A DNA stretch of 64,000 nucleotides from Nageia nagi (GCA_050084985.1 JBITNC010000001.1:32116001-32180000); one strand, 5' to 3'. Counted from the stretch's first letter, positions 24,031 through 39,662 are shown. A program made the numbers and translations. Notes: generated by a model from the letters alone, not told the origin.

Positions 24031-27000
24031 TGTTAGAAACTAAGCCAACTAGACTTGTTCAATAGATCAGTCATATTTGGTAATTCATAACATTTTGTAG
24101 AGACATCCAATTGAGTAGATTAGTTTTCTATTAGTTAATTCTCAAATAAGCCTTTCCAATGATTATATCCATGCATTTTTTTTTTAATTTTTGACCATCA
24201 TTTCGATCATTTTTCTATAACATGTCCTTATTATTCCTAGAAACATTAGCCCCACAATGTTTAACAACAAAAATACCATAGTGTTTCATATTTGAAATGC
24301 CTAGTACTCAATGTTTCATAACCTAAATTTATTTTTTCCAACTAAGAGGATTGTACTTCATGGTTTTTTAGTCAAACACAAGATTAATATTTTAAGTGAC
24401 CATTAGAGTATTTTCTAGTGGATGTTTTGAGTTATATAAGCATCATGTATTGTAGAGTTAGATAGCTTTTTATAGTTTAGAACTCAAGTATACTAGAGTG
24501 AGTGCATAATGTAGCTAGGATGATTGTAGCTCTATGAGAGCATAATAGATCTCTAGGGAGTGGTGTTCTATCAAAATACAAATTGTGTGATTACTATGAG
24601 TTGATTTAATACAACTATGTGTTATTTTCTCTATATTATTTATCATTGTATCATAGTGTTGTAGCTTTGTTTATGTTTTATTGGTGATTGAGACCTTTAC
24701 TCTTTGATTGGTTATAAATTGAGATGAACTTATTTGCTTCAATGGTTTAGATAGTTTGATTAAACTCAAACTTAATATCTTGAGTAGATTATTGATTATT
24801 AGATGAATTGCTCTACAACAATTTTATCAAGATTGTTGGCAACCTTAAGAAATTGTTGATTTATTGAATTTATTGAGATTTCATAATGGGTATTAGACCT
24901 AAGTCAATCTTTGGGTTTGAAGAAAGCTTGTGTGTTATTTTTAAGGATTTATCAAATCTTTATAAAAGAGTGGTATGATGGGAATCATGTATGAAGAATT
25001 GATGGTGACAAAGTTCAATATTGGAGAATACTATTCTTTTTGGAGCATAAAAATGAAGACATTGTTAATTAAAAAAGAGTTATGGGACATTATTGAAGAT
25101 GGATATGAAGAACCATCAAATTTGAGCAATCTAGAAGGAGAAGACAAAAGAGAAAAGAAGGAGAAAAAATACCAAGATTCCTTGGTTCTCTTAGATATAA
25201 GAAAAGGTATAATGTCCAATATTTTTCACCTATATTGAAAATTTTAAAAGAGTTGCAAGTTCTTGGAAAATATTGTAAGATGAATTTGGGAATATTTTTG
25301 AAAAGTGTATGAGTAAGGGGGAGTTATCTATTTTTGAATTTTATGAAGATAATTTTTCTTGGAAAGAGCCTTGTGAGGTTCTCATTAGGGAAGACATGTC
25401 TTGTGAGAAAGGCATGAACAATTATGATGATAAAATCTTTCTTATAGAGAAATATGTAGTAGAGAGTGTGAATCTTAATGAATTCCTCTTTGTTAAAAAT
25501 AAAGAAAAATTTGTGGATGTGTCATGTTTATCAATCATGCACATTAAAAAGTGTTTCATTGAGGAAACACATGTCTAAAAAGAGATACAATCTTAATTTT
25601 TTGTTAGAGAAGAATATATCATGGAAGAGGCATATGTTGAAGAGTGTCTTATAGGGGCACAAACTCAAATTTTTGTTGAAGAATATCTCATGGAGGAGGC
25701 ACAAAATCATAAATTTGTTAAAGAATATTTTGCAATTCTCATGGAGAAGATTGTTGAAAATAAAAAACCAAACCAAAATTTTTGGCTTACAAATATCAAA
25801 TACCATCTATCAGAAATGGTAGATTTGAATGAAGATGAAGGAGAAACACTCACATTTGGTGTAGTTTGGTTGATGACCATTCACATAGGATGGATGGATA
25901 CTTGGAAACTCACTCATCAAGAGTGAATGTTGACTGTATTAAGAAGGTAATATGGAATTTTGATCCAAGAGTTATTGTAAATGATGAAGATATGCAAGCT
26001 ATTAGATTCATGCTCAATGAAGATCACTCATTAATATTAAAAAATAAATTATGTGAAGACTATCTTCCAAATGAGATAGAGAATGAAAAAGAAAATGATA
26101 AGAAAGAGATTGATAACTTTCATCTTGTAATGAAAATGGGAACATCAATTGTTGAAAAATATGGAGATCACTCACTTGGAGTGATAAAAATGGTTTATCT
26201 TGAAGAGGGAAAAATAAATGATTATGTGTATGAGTGGCATTTCACAACACCAAGAAAAAGGAATATTGCATAAAGAAAGAGAACTGTTATTCAAGAGTTT
26301 ATGGCTATTTCAAGAGCAATACTAATGAGTTTACAACAATATGTAAATACAAAGGAAGGAATATGGGAGTCTAATCATATCAAAGGTGATGATTTTTTTT
26401 CATAATTATTTTTTTACTAATGCCTTGTTTACTAAATATGTTGTGGGAAATTTTGAGGCTACTATAATGTATGAAGAATATTTTACAAAGGCATTACTTG
26501 AAAATAAAAGAAAGAAAGGTCTTCTTATGGTGAATGTATTGATGCAAAACTTAGGTCATTAGATCCAAAATGATGTGTTTAAAATTCCTTGGAAAGAGGA
26601 ATATAACTTTCCATTGTGATGATTGATATATTGTGTAAGGAGCAACACTTGATTGTTGCATATGTAATTAGTTATTTTATGGCTATGTTTATTTTGATAT
26701 TTTGTGTGGAGATAGCTAAAAGAGTTGTGTGGTGTAATCATCTACAAAATATTGTTAATGAATATTCAAGAGGAGTATGTATTAGAGATTGGGAAGTGTG
26801 GTTTCAAGACCATAGTATGAGTGATGGCCATGTGGAAGGTTGGTTCTTGAAAACCAATAACTTTGGCATTTGTAGGAAGAAGCAAAAGAGATGGATGATA
26901 GCCTACATGGAGAGTGGAAGGAGTGACAATATAATATTTTTGAATTTTTTGATTCAATATTTTAGAGGAAACAAAAAAGAATCAATTTATTCCAATTTTA

Positions 27001-27933
27001 TGAATCCTTTGAACTCCTAAAAGAGTTCAAAAGCATTAAGGGGGAGAATGTTGGAAACTAAGCTAACTGGACTTATTTAAAAATTAGATGTATTTGGTAA
27101 GGAATAACTTTTTGTAAATACATAAAATTAATTTTATTTATTTTCTATTAGGTACTCCTCGAAGAGACCTTTCCAAAGAGTATTTGAATGCATACCTTTT
27201 TTGAAGGTTTGACCATCATTTTGATCATTTCCTATAAATTGTCCTTATTTTTTCCCAAAAATGTTGATGCCACAACATTTGATAGTATAAATGCCATTGA
27301 ATTTGATATCCAAAATTTTTGGTACTTGATGTTTCATAACAAAAAGTTAGTTTTTGCAATAAAGAGGATTGTACTTATGTTAAATCATGTTGTTAGATTA
27401 TTAGAGTTTGCAGCTTCTTAGTCAAACATGAGATTAATTTTTTGGTTGATCAATAGAGTGTTTTATAGTGGATTATTTGATCTATATAAGAATAATTTAT
27501 TGTGGAGTTAGAAATTTTCTCATAATTGAAAACTTAAGTACGCTATATTGAGTGCATAATGTAGTGAGGTTGATTGAGCTCTATAAGAGCATAATAGATT
27601 TGTAAGGAGTGGTATTCTATCAAAATACAAAGTGTGTGATTATTGTGAGTTGATTTAATAAAATTGTGTATTATTTACTCCATATTATTTTTCATTGAAT
27701 CATAGTGTTGTAGCTTGGTTTATATTTAATTGATGGGTTGATATATTCAATATTTGAGTGATTATAGATTGAGATAAACTTATTTTCTTCAATGGTTTGG
27801 TAGTTTGATTAAACTCAAACTTAATATCTTGAGTATATTATTGATTCTTAGATGAATTAATTTATAAATTTTTTATCAAGATTATTGGCAACCTTAGATA
27901 TTCTTGATTTATTGAATCTATTGAGATTTTACA
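24031..27933 (+). mobile_element. Non-autonomous Copia-derived LTR element (LTRs 24031-24883 and 27049-27933; Gag N-terminus only)
   Basis: Diverged ~860-bp TG...CA direct repeats; degenerate iMet PBS TGGGTATTAGACC ~24887; PPT AAGGGGGAGAA 27038-27048; near-TSD AGAAA/AGGAA; ORF KFNIGEYYSFWSIKMKTLLIKKELWDIIEDGYEEP. Confidence 0.85.
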
Positions 27934-28771
27934 AGGAAGCCTAGATTTTAGGCTATGCCAAAGTGTGAGATGCTTCTCAAGGGATTGTTAGAACATCAAT
28001 GGTAAACATTAGGAATATCTTGGATTTGCTAGACATGTTATTTTTCATTTACTTCCTTGACTATTGAATCTCATGTTTTGTTTTTGCAAAGTTATCCAAC
28101 ATTTTCAATGTGAATATAATTGTCCACTTATTTTTTATCTTAGAAAAATAATCTTATTAATTATCCCAAGTGTGCCTTCTTCTCTCAATGAAATATTAGT
28201 TAAGTTGTTAAGTTGTGAAGCTAAATACCCTTCCATACCTTTGTTAGATTTCCTTATAAAAAAAAGTAGGTCCTTCAAATTTTATATCTATCAACATTGG
28301 CAAATTAGGCATGCTCACCTAATGTTACTATAACCTTCCTTACTTGATCACATACTAATAAACAACATGGCCATAATTTGTTATCATTAGGCAATATCAA
28401 AGAAAATAATTGCACAATAAGAACACTTAAGAAAGAATACATCATTCAAATCTATATGAAAAAAATATAAATATTAAACCCATTATCAATGTAGAATTAC
28501 AAAGTGTCTTTCAATAAATCAATATGTATTATGATAAATTTCACCATTCTCAACATATCCAAGTATAAAATCAAATATCATGTATCATCAATAACTTTCA
28601 TAAAGATACCACCATCCATCTAATAATAATGGTTCTAAGACTAATGTTTTCAAATTTTATAATAGAAAAATATTCATACATAGTCAAATATCCATACATC
28701 GATTATGCTCATTCTTAAATTTTATACAGATTTAAAAGTATTATAATTCATACCAATTTACACAATATTAT

Positions 28772-31700
28772 TTTCAAAGCCCAAATCTTCTTTGAATTCC
28801 CTTGACATATTTTATTGTAATGTTAAATTGTGTGATTTAGATACTTGTGCTTTGACATAAATATATACACATGTTCTGTGCATATTTGATAGATGATATG
28901 ATAGTTCTATAATGAATAATAGAAATTGAACCTATCATATTATTTATTAAAGTTATATTACTATCGAGATGCTTATTGTGATGTGTAGGGATAGGTGCAA
29001 AAAGGTGGGATGATCTTAGGTGGAATGGAAATGATAGCTTGACAAGGTTCAAAAGATCAATTGACATCTAAGAAAACAATCTAAACAATCTCAAGAAGGT
29101 AAATAATCATATAGGTTGCATGAGATGAGGATCCAAAAAGGTAGTCTCCATTGATGTATGATGTATTCCTAATATGTTGTCTCTTGCTTATTGTTGAGTG
29201 CACAAATTAAATTAGTTTGAGGATTTTATTCATATAGAAAATTAGTGTTAATACTTAAAATTTTATTGTTAAGGATGTTTAACGAAGTTAACCCAATGTC
29301 TATGATTAAATAGGATGAAGGATTAAATAAAATTAATATTTTTTTTGCTAATGTCCTAAATTGTGGTAATAATAAATAAATATTAATTTATTTAATTGCT
29401 AATATCCTACTCATTTTGAAATAATATTAATATTTAGAATTATCTTGGTAATGCTGAGTTATGGCGAGTTGTTGTGATAATGAGTTGTAATTTTTTTAAA
29501 TGGAAATAAGGTTAGGATAAATTCAAATTTAAGAATAAAAATTGAATTGCCTTTGCAACCTTACTTAGGTGTTAAAATTTCTAAAATTAATCTTAGCCTA
29601 ATCCTTCCCTCTATCCAAAATTAGAATAAAGCTAAAACTCAAATCTAGAAGCTTAGCTCCCCTAAAAAAATTATAAATAGGAGCTTAAGGGCCATGATCT
29701 GATATCTTTGGACAAAGCAAAGGAACTGTATGAGATTGACCTCATGACCATCTAGAATTACCTAGGGAAGTGTGATCCAAGTTGGATGCTTTTAGTTAAG
29801 TGTTGACTAGTTTGCTTAATTATTATATGAGAAACTCCTTACTTTGTATGATAAATGTGTTATTTATTTTATTAGAAATAATAAATAAATAAGAAAAGAA
29901 AAATACTTTTAGTGGTTAAATATTGTATTGTAAGAATGTGGTATTTATTTATTTTAATTTTGTAAAAAAATAAATAAATATCTTATTGTTTGTTTCTTTA
30001 ATTTTCAAAAGGTAAAACTAAATAAATATCCAATATGTTATCATATGATATTTGGAATAAAATGTTAATGATTAATGTGAAAAATATTGAATGCTTATGC
30101 ATATGAGTCATGGTCCTTCCTGATCTAATAAAATTATTATAGTATGTTTAAGATATTGGTGAAATTCTGAATACACATGTTTGAAATCGTAGGTGTGCAA
30201 TTTATAGGCTCAAGTTGAATTTTAATCCATTCTTGAATATATTTTGCTTGATATGGATTTTATACCTTGTAGTGCATTTTGTGGGATTTTAGTGCCTTAT
30301 TTTATGCAAAATTATGCATTTGAAGTCACTCAATATGTATCTAGGTGAGATGCCTTTCTTCCAAGCTTTTGAGAGCCAAAAACTTGTTTTATTAGTAAAC
30401 AATTATGGTTGTTTCTTAATTGACATTTTTTCTATCTTGCCAAAATTAAAATTACTATAAAACCCTTGCACTAGTGTTGCCACTTGCTTGCCATTGGTTT
30501 GGTGTATTTTTGCATTGTGATATTTGGAGGTAAAAATCCTTTTTGTAGTGAGCTTGTAGGTTCTATATCCTATTTTCCATGAAACTTTGAATAGTTTGAT
30601 TCATATTTCGCTATTTGGATTGGAATGCACTGCTACTACCGAAAATCTTCTCCTCCCTAGCCTAGCTTGGTTTGCTATATCTATTTGGTTTCCTCTCTAA
30701 ACTTTTACAAAATTATAAAATGGATTAGCATGTTTCAATTTTATGGCTAGACTACTATTTTTGAAATTTAGAATGACTTGTCATACTTGAAATATTAATG
30801 CTTTTAGTTCTAAATTTTAATTAAGAGGGTTGAATATTCTAGCTTTTAAAGTAAATAAAATTTTCATACATGTTTATAAATTAAAATAGGAATTTTTTTA
30901 ATTTATAAATGTATACAAGGATAATGAGAAATTGAGATTAAGTAATAGAAGATAAAAATATATTTTTAGAAAATGACTTTATAATTATTCAAGGCATTTA
31001 ATAATTATAAAAGATTAATTATTTTCAAAAGTTTGATAGAAAAGAAATTGAATTTGAGAGAAATAATTAGAAGGATCATTAAAAGATAAAATCTATTTAA
31101 ATATAGGTACTTATTAAATTTTAAAAAAAAAAATTAATAAGTTTGATCTTAATGGGTACAATATTTTTGTATTCTTGGTTGGCATGTAAAAGAAAGTGCA
31201 AATTTTTTTGTACATGGTTTTAGATTAAAATTATATGGTGTATGGTTTGATATTAACTTATTGCCTATGTAAGGTAACACTAGAGGATAGCCCTTTTATA
31301 TTTAAATAGGGAGATTTGAATTTAAAAATGGGCTAGACTAAATAAAATACATACCTTTATTAATGTTAGGTTTTATTACAATTATTTATTGAGGAATTTA
31401 AATAATTGTAATAATAATCTAAGAGAGTAAATTTTAAAAGTAATTATTATATCTTTTTGAAGTTAAAATAGATTCTTTAATAAGAAAGATATAAGTGTTA
31501 CTTTTATGTGTACTTTATTACTCCTTTCTTCGCATAATGTTTTAAATGTATGAGTTATTGTTATGCAAAGTTTAAGGAGCAAAGTGAATGAGATTTTGTT
31601 TTAATATGCTTTTGTGTATTTTTAGAAAATATGGAATGTCTATTTGTACTTTTCTTTTCCTATAAATCATGTAAATTGCATTACGGAAAAATAATAAGAC

Positions 31701-32616
31701 AATGTTGATCCTTTTCCATTGTGACCTACTGTGCACATCTCTGAAGTGTGACATGCTTGGAGATAAAGTTTGAATACCTAAATATGGTCTCATACAACTT
31801 GTATTGGGAAATTGTATTACTCTTTGAAAACATTATTATGAGAAGATTTAATTATGTAAAACATCTTGTTATTATTTATTGTAAAAATGGATATTTGTAC
31901 ATTAGGACCTTACAAGTAGATGTAATTTTAATATGTAATATTTATCCATGTAATGATAGTATTTACTTTCATGATGTTATTTTAAATGATGTTAATTATA
32001 TTTTATTTATATGCAATGTAATTAGATTCTTAGATCCTAAGAAAAGAGATAGGATAATATCTTTTGATGGAAATGATTTAGATTTTAAACATAGTGTTTT
32101 TAATTATTAGGTTGTTAAACTTAAAATGAGTTAGTTTTGAAACTTATAAAAATTACCAAGTGAAAGCATAAATATTCAAATTGAGAAAATAATTATCCAA
32201 GTGAGTTATGCAAGGATAAATTAAAAATTTTCACTAGGTTTGGAGTAGACCTTGAAGCTCAAATTGCCATGATAAGGAAATGGTTTGAAATACAAGTTAT
32301 GTATATGATGCCACTAGGAAATCACCATGTTCAAGAAGTAACATAAAGGAAATCCATATGATGTTATTTAAAAAGTTATATTAAATAACAAGGAATGGTA
32401 AATAGTCAAGAAGAGGTTGCACTCATGAATGATTTAACTTTGAACCAATACTAGCAATATTGTTAAATATAATTCACAGGTTTTACAAGTAGCTTCTAAC
32501 CATTCAGAATTGAATGATATATATATATATATATTATATTATGCTCACCCCTAAAGTGTATAATATGGTTGTTAAAGTAGGATTCTATGTTGAGAGTATG
32601 AGATTGGGTTCTTACA
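28772..32616 (+). repeat. 5' LTR of the Tekay-like element
   Basis: Collinear with 35479-39395; first TG mutated to TT. Confidence 0.9.
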
Positions 32617-35478
32617 GTTGTATCAGAGCCTAGGTCATAGGCTTGTGTGTTTGGAAAAAGAAAATAACTTTGGAAATTTATACTAGTTATATTATGCTTA
32701 AGAAAAATGGCACCCCAAAGACATATTCAAGATGACCTTCATAATGTTGGAAAAAATTGTAATGCAGGAAGTGAGTCTAAAATACAAGGCTAAAATCTTG
32801 AATATGTTAAAGATGAAGGACTTAATCCCTATTTAACTTCTATGATGAGTAATTTGCAAGAGAAATCCAACTCAACAAAAAAATTTATTCAAAAGTAAAG
32901 AAATAAGAGTTAGAAATCCTAAGAGATGATAGGAAAGAGAACCTATAGTAAAAGATGATTTTAGAAAAGGCATTAAGGAAGTATATACAACCAAGTTTGC
33001 TAGTGATAGTGATGATGATACTATAGATACATGGTTGTAGGAAGATTGTACCACTTGACACTAGAAGCTATGCCACAAATTAGAGATATATGGACATCCT
33101 AGTGTCAAGAGATTCAACATTGGAATAGTGGAAAGGTCTTACTAGGAAAAAATTTGAAGTTAAGGATGTACCTTGAAAAATTTTGATAAAGAAATTACAA
33201 AGAGATTTATATCTAAAAATATTATATTCAAAAATTTGGTAAATACATTTGGATCCATTCAGAGAGTTTGGAAGATGGATGAATGTCACCATGCATCTAT
33301 GATAATTATAGAAATATGTACCTAAAAATGAAAATAATTCATGGAGAAAGTGCATAAGTTGCCTATGTTTTTGACAAGAATATTCATGCTTTAGTAAATT
33401 GTTAGCAAAATATCCTTAATTTAGATAAGCAAGGACAATATAATGTTAGAAATCCTAGAACCTTGCATAGTATAACCTTAAAGGAAAATTTGTAGTTATG
33501 TGTAAGACCACTACAAACCATAACAATAAGGCTAAAAGTCAAACAAATAAATAGAATGGTAACAATTAGAATCAACAAACATGATCTATGATAAAAAGTA
33601 TTCATGAAGTAGGTTCAGTAGAAGGTACCCAGTTATAGATATATTATGCCTTATTCAAAAAAAATATAAAAAAATCTTAAAAGACTCGAGTCATAGAGTA
33701 TGATTTTGATAAGGAAGTCAATTTTAATATTGATAATGATGCTAAAGAAAATTTGTTTCCTTTGCTAATAAGAAAAAAGGACCAAGTATTATAGATAAAA
33801 AGTGGGAAGTTAAGATTGATTGAAGGAAATCCCATTCATTAGATAGGTTATATCTTAGCATAGTATAAATCCTACTTAATGGAAAGATATCAATGATACT
33901 TGATGAATCATTTTAAAGAGATTTTGGACTTAGAATGGTTTATAAATTTATGTTTTCATAGAATGTGATTTTTGGAATTGGTTATATTAAGGATAAATCA
34001 TTCTATTAACCAAGTTTGAGAGAAAAATATAAATGATTATGTTGCAAATACTTCAGATGTTAGAAAATGAAGGTAAGAATAAGATAATTAACAAGAAAAG
34101 GTAAACCTGTATGGTATTATAACTTAGAAAAGGTAAAATATTTCTATGGATTCATTAAAGTTCTTCTAATGGCTCAGTTTAGATATGATGATATCCTAGT
34201 GGTTGTAGATAAGTTAACCAAGGTAGTACATTTTTTAACCAAAATCAAAAATACAAGAACATTTGCTAAAAAGAACCATTTGAATATGTGGGATTTTGGA
34301 AGATATCATTTTTAAGGATTAAGGTTACTTATGAGTTTTGGAAGAACTTCATAAGGCCAAGGGAACAAAGTTAAATAATTTTTTTATTAGAACCAGTGGG
34401 TAAATTTGATATTAGTAAAAAAATAGAGTTTTGAAAGGGACTCAAAAAAACCTTTTACATTAATAGAGGGAATAAAGCCTATTTGCCTCTATCAAAAATG
34501 AATTGAGTATAATAGGACTCTATCATATAAAAACCATAACAACAGTCCCCATAATACCATATAAAGAAGACAATATAGTAGTAGTATAAGTCCTAATTTG
34601 GCCTATGTTCATAAGTAAAATGAAGCATTGCAAGAAAAAGTTTATGGTTAAAAATAGATTTGTTATCATTCTAACTATTTTGAAAGAGTAAACATAGAAA
34701 TTCTTGTCCCTGAATTTGCAACCTAATCATAAAAAATAAAAACAACTAGCCTTGATTGTTGTTTCTATTGCTTGGGTTCACCTTCTATATTGGTTTAACT
34801 TTGAAATGGATTCACAAAATGGATGGCAAAACTGATTAGATTCATGAGGAACATGCTAAGGATACATTGCATGGATCACCAAGTAAAGTAGAAGATTATC
34901 TTCTTATTTATGGATTTTTTAACATCCATAAGCATGGAAATTTTTAAAGCCTTACATGGTATAAGGTGTAGAACTTCTTTCTCTTGGAATTATCTAGAAG
35001 ACTAAGATAGGGTCAAGGAGAATATGATAAGAGAGATTGAAGAAGTAAACTTAAGGAAATTTGATGATGAAAACTAAAGGAAGCTATGAATGAGCTTTAA
35101 AAAGGGAACACTAGAAAAATTTTCCATTGGCGGTAAAAAGTCTTCTACAAGTAAAAATTGGGGAAAGTGCTAAGTTAGCACCAAGATATGTTGGACCCCT
35201 TTTTCCAATTTAGATAAACTATGTCCAGTTACTTTTAGACTTGGTATTCCACATAGCTTATAATGCCTTCTATGTATCATAATTGAGAAATATATTTTTG
35301 ACCTTGCACATGTTTGACATATATTTTTACTATAAATATTTCAAGTAAGAAATATGATTTGCTATGAACAAGTTAGTTTGTTCATCCTTATGTTTGGGAA
35401 ATGGAAAAAAAAAACTTTAAGAATATTCTATTGCTTTAAATGAACACAAGGGACCGTGTTACTCTAAATGGGGGAGGA

Positions 35479-38400
35479 TGTCATAGCCCAAATTTGCTTT
35501 GAATTCCCTTGTTGTATTTTATTGCAATATTATATTGTATGAGTTAAACACTTGTGCTTTTGACATAAATATATACACATGTTTTGTGCCTATTTGATGG
35601 ATGATATGATAGTTCTATGATGAAGATTAGAAATTGATCCTATCATATTATTTATTAAAGTACATATTTCTATCAAGATACTTATTGTGATGTGTAGGGA
35701 TAGGTGTACGAAGGCAAGATGCTCTTAGGTGGAATGGAAATGATAGCCTAGCAAGGTTCAAAAGATCAATTGAGATCTAAGAGAACAATCCAGACAATCT
35801 CAAGAAGGTAAATAATCATATAGGTTGCATGAGACAAGAATCCAAAAAGGTAGTCTCCATTTACGTATGATGTGTTCATGATATGTTGTCTCTTGCTTAT
35901 TGTTGAGTGCGCTAATTAATTAGTTTGAGGATTTTATTCATATGAAAGATTAGGGTTAATACTTAACAATTTATTATTAAGGATGTTTAACTAAGTTAAC
36001 CCTATGTATATGATTAAATAGGGTGAAGGATTAAATATAATTAAAATTTATTTTACTAATATCCTAAATTATGGTAATAATAAATAAATATTAATTTATT
36101 TAATTACTAATATGCTACTCATTTTGAAATATTATTAATATTTAAAATTTTCTTGATAATGTCGAGTTATGGCGAGTTGTTATGATAATGAGTTGTAATT
36201 TTTTTAAATGGAAATAAGGTTAGGAGAAATTCAAATTTAGCAATAAAATCTTAGATTACCTTTACAACATTACTTAGGTTTCAAATTTTCTAAAATTAAC
36301 CTTAGCCTAATCCTTCCCTCTATCCTAAAATTAGAAGAAAACTAAAACTCAAATTTAGAAGCTTAGCTCTCCTAAAAAAATTATAAATAGGAGCTTAAGG
36401 GTCATGATCTGATATCTTTGGAGGAAGAAAAGGAACTCTACTAGATTGATCTCATGAGCGTTTAGAATTGCCTAGGAAAGCATGATCCATGTTGAATTCT
36501 TTTATTTAAGTGTTGACTAGTTTGCTTAGTTATTGTACGAGAAACTCCTTACTTTCTATGATAAATGAGTTATTTATTTTATTAGAAATAATAAAATAAA
36601 TAAGAAAAGAAAAATACTTTTAGTGGCTATTTATAGTGTATTGTAAGAATGTGTAGTATTTATTTATTTAATTTTATGAAAAGTTAAATAAATATCTTAT
36701 TGTTTGTTTCTTTAATTTTCAAAGAGTAAAATTAAATAAATATCCAATATGTTATCATATGATATTTGAATAAAATGTTAATGATTGATGTGAAAAATAT
36801 TGAACAGTTATGCATACGATTCATGGCCCTTCCTGATCTAATTTATTCCAATATGTTTGATATATTAGTGAAATTCAGAATACCCATGTGTTTGAATTTG
36901 TATGCATGCAGCTTGATGGGCTCAAGTTGAATTTTAATCCATTCTTAACTATATTTTGCTTAAGGTGGATTTGATACCCTAGAGTGCATTTTATGGGATT
37001 TTAGTGCCCAATTTTATATAAAAATTATGCATTTGAAGTCACTCAATATATATCTAGGTGAGATGCCTTTCTTCTAGGCTTTTGAGAGCCAAAAACTTGT
37101 TTTATTAGGAAATAATTTTGGTCATTTCTTATGTGACATTTTTTCTATCTTTTCGAAATTGAAATTGTTGTAAAACCCTTGCATTGATGTTGCCCCTTTC
37201 TTGCCATTGGTTTGGTGTATTTTTGCAGTGTGGTATTTGGAAGTAAAAACCCTTTTTGCAGTGCACCTTTAGGTTATGTATCCTAGTTTCCATGCAGCTT
37301 TGAACAATCTGATTCATATTTCGATATTTGGATTGGAAGGTGCTACTATTGCCCAAAATCTTCTCCTCCCTAGCCTAGCTTGGTTTGCCATATCTATTTG
37401 GTTTTCTCTTTAAAATCTTATAAAATCATGAAAGTGATTAGCATGTTTCTATTTTAAGGCTTGATTAGCATGTTTCTATTTTATGGTTGGATTACTATTT
37501 TCAAAATTTAGAATGATTTGTCATACTTGAAATATAAATGCTTTTAGTTCTAAATTTTAATTAAGATGGTTGAATATCCTAGCTTTTAAAGTAAAAAAAA
37601 GTTTGATAAATGTTTATAAATTAAAATAGGAATATTTTTAATTTATAAATGTATATAAGGATAATGAGAAAATGAGATTAAGTAATAAAAGAGCAAAATA
37701 TATTTTTAGAAAATGACTTTATAATTATTCAAGGCATTTAATAATTATAAAAGATTAATTATTTTTCAAAAGTTTAATGGAAAAGAAATTGAATTTGGGA
37801 GAAATAATTAGAAGGGTCATTAAAAGATAAAATCTATTTAAATATAGATACTTATTAAATTTAAAAAAGAAATTTTAAATTTAATAAGTTTGATCTTATT
37901 GGGTACAATATTTTTGTATTCTTGGCTGGCGTGTACAAGAAAGGGCAAAATTTATTATACATGGTTTTAGATTAAAATTGTATGGTGTATGGTTTGATAT
38001 TAAATTATTACCTATGTAAGGTAAACCTGGAGGATAGCCCTTTTATATTTAAATAAGGAGATTTGAATTTAAAAAGGGACTAGACTAAATAAAATACAAA
38101 CCTTTATTAATGTTAGGTTTTATTATATTTATTTATTAAGGAATTTAAATAATTGTAATAATAATCTAAGAGAGTAAATTTTAAAAGCCGTTATTATATC
38201 TTTTTGAAATTAAAATAGATGTTTTTATAAGAAAGATATAAGTGTTACTTTTATGTGTACTTTATTACTCCTTTAATCTTGGCTTAATGTTTTAAAATTT
38301 ATGAGTTATTGTTATGCAAAGTTTAAGGAGCAAAGTGAATGAGATTTTGTTTTAATATGTTTTTGTGGATTTTTGGAAAAGATGGAAATGTCTTATTTGT

Positions 38401-39282
38401 ACTTTTCTTTTCCTATAAATCATGTAAATTGCATTAGAGAAAAATAATAAGGCTATGTTGATCCTTTTCCACCATGAGCTACCGTGCACATCTTTGGAGT
38501 GTGACATGCTTGGAGACAAAGTTTGAAGACCTAAAGATGGTTTCATCAAACTTGTATTGGGAAATTGTATTACTCTTTGAAAAGATTATTATGAGAAGAT
38601 ATAGTGAAATAAAACATCTTGTTATTATTTATTGTCAAAATGGATTATTTGTACATTAGGACCTTACAAGTAGATGTAATTTTAATATGTAATATTTATC
38701 CATGCAATGATAGTATTTCCTTTTATGACGTTATTTTAAATGATGCTAATTATGTTTTATTTATATGCAATGTAGTGAGATTCTTAGATCCTAAGAAAAG
38801 AGATAGGATAATATCTTTTGATGGAAATAATTTAGATTTTAAGCATAAGGGTTTTAATTGTTAGGTTGTTAAACTTAAAATGAGTTAGTTTTGAAACCTA
38901 GAAAAAATACCAAGTGAAAGCATGAATATTCAAATTGAGAAAATGATTATCTAAGCGAGTTATGCAAGGATAAATCAAGAATTTTCACTAGGTTTGGAGT
39001 AGACCTTGAAGCTCAAATTGCCTTGATAAAGAAGTGGTTTAAAATACAAGTTGTGTATACGATGCCACTAGGAAATCACCATGTTCAAAAAGTAACATAA
39101 AGGCAAGCCATATGATGTTATTTAACGAGTTATGTTAAAGAACAAGGAATGGTAAATAGTCAAAAAGAGATTGCGACTCATGAATGATTTAATTTGGAAT
39201 CTATGCTAGCAAGATTATGAAATATAATTCATAGGGTTTACAAATAACTTCTAACCATTCAAAATTAAATATGAATTTATAC

Positions 39283-39313
<31 letters not shown>

Positions 39314-39395
39314 AAACAAATTATGCTTACTCAAGTATATGAGATGAATGTTAAAGTAAGATTCTATCTTGGAAGTATGAGATTGAATTCTTACA
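35479..39395 (+). repeat. 3' LTR of the Tekay-like element
   Basis: TGTCATAGCCC...TTCTTACA. Confidence 0.9.
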
Positions 39396-39662
39396 ATTAT
39401 GTTCAACTCTATCTTCTTATTCTTACTAATAAAAATCATCAAAACCCATTCAATTTCAAAATTTTATCAAATCTATATTCACACTTTCACTCAAACATTA
39501 TCAAAATCTTATTTTTAACGTCACTAAAATATGAAAAACTGAATTTATCAACAGATTATAATAATTATACTAAATTGAATAAAGTTGTTCAAATAATCAT
39601 CCCATCCCAACTATGAGACGCACCCCAAGAATAAATCTTCAACATGAAGAATCTAGAGATCT

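Larger units (their letters stand above)
28772..39395 (+). mobile_element. Ty3/Gypsy chromovirus (Tekay/Del-like) deletion derivative with ~3.9-kb LTRs
   Basis: LTRs 28772-32616 and 35479-39395; perfect TSD ATTAT (28767-28771 / 39396-39400); PBS TTGTATCAGAGCC (iMet) 32618-32630; PPT GGGGGAGGA before 35479. Internal 2.9 kb has gag and integrase remnants (ILVVVDKLTKVVHF ~34193; KLAPRYVGP ~35172). Confidence 0.92.
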
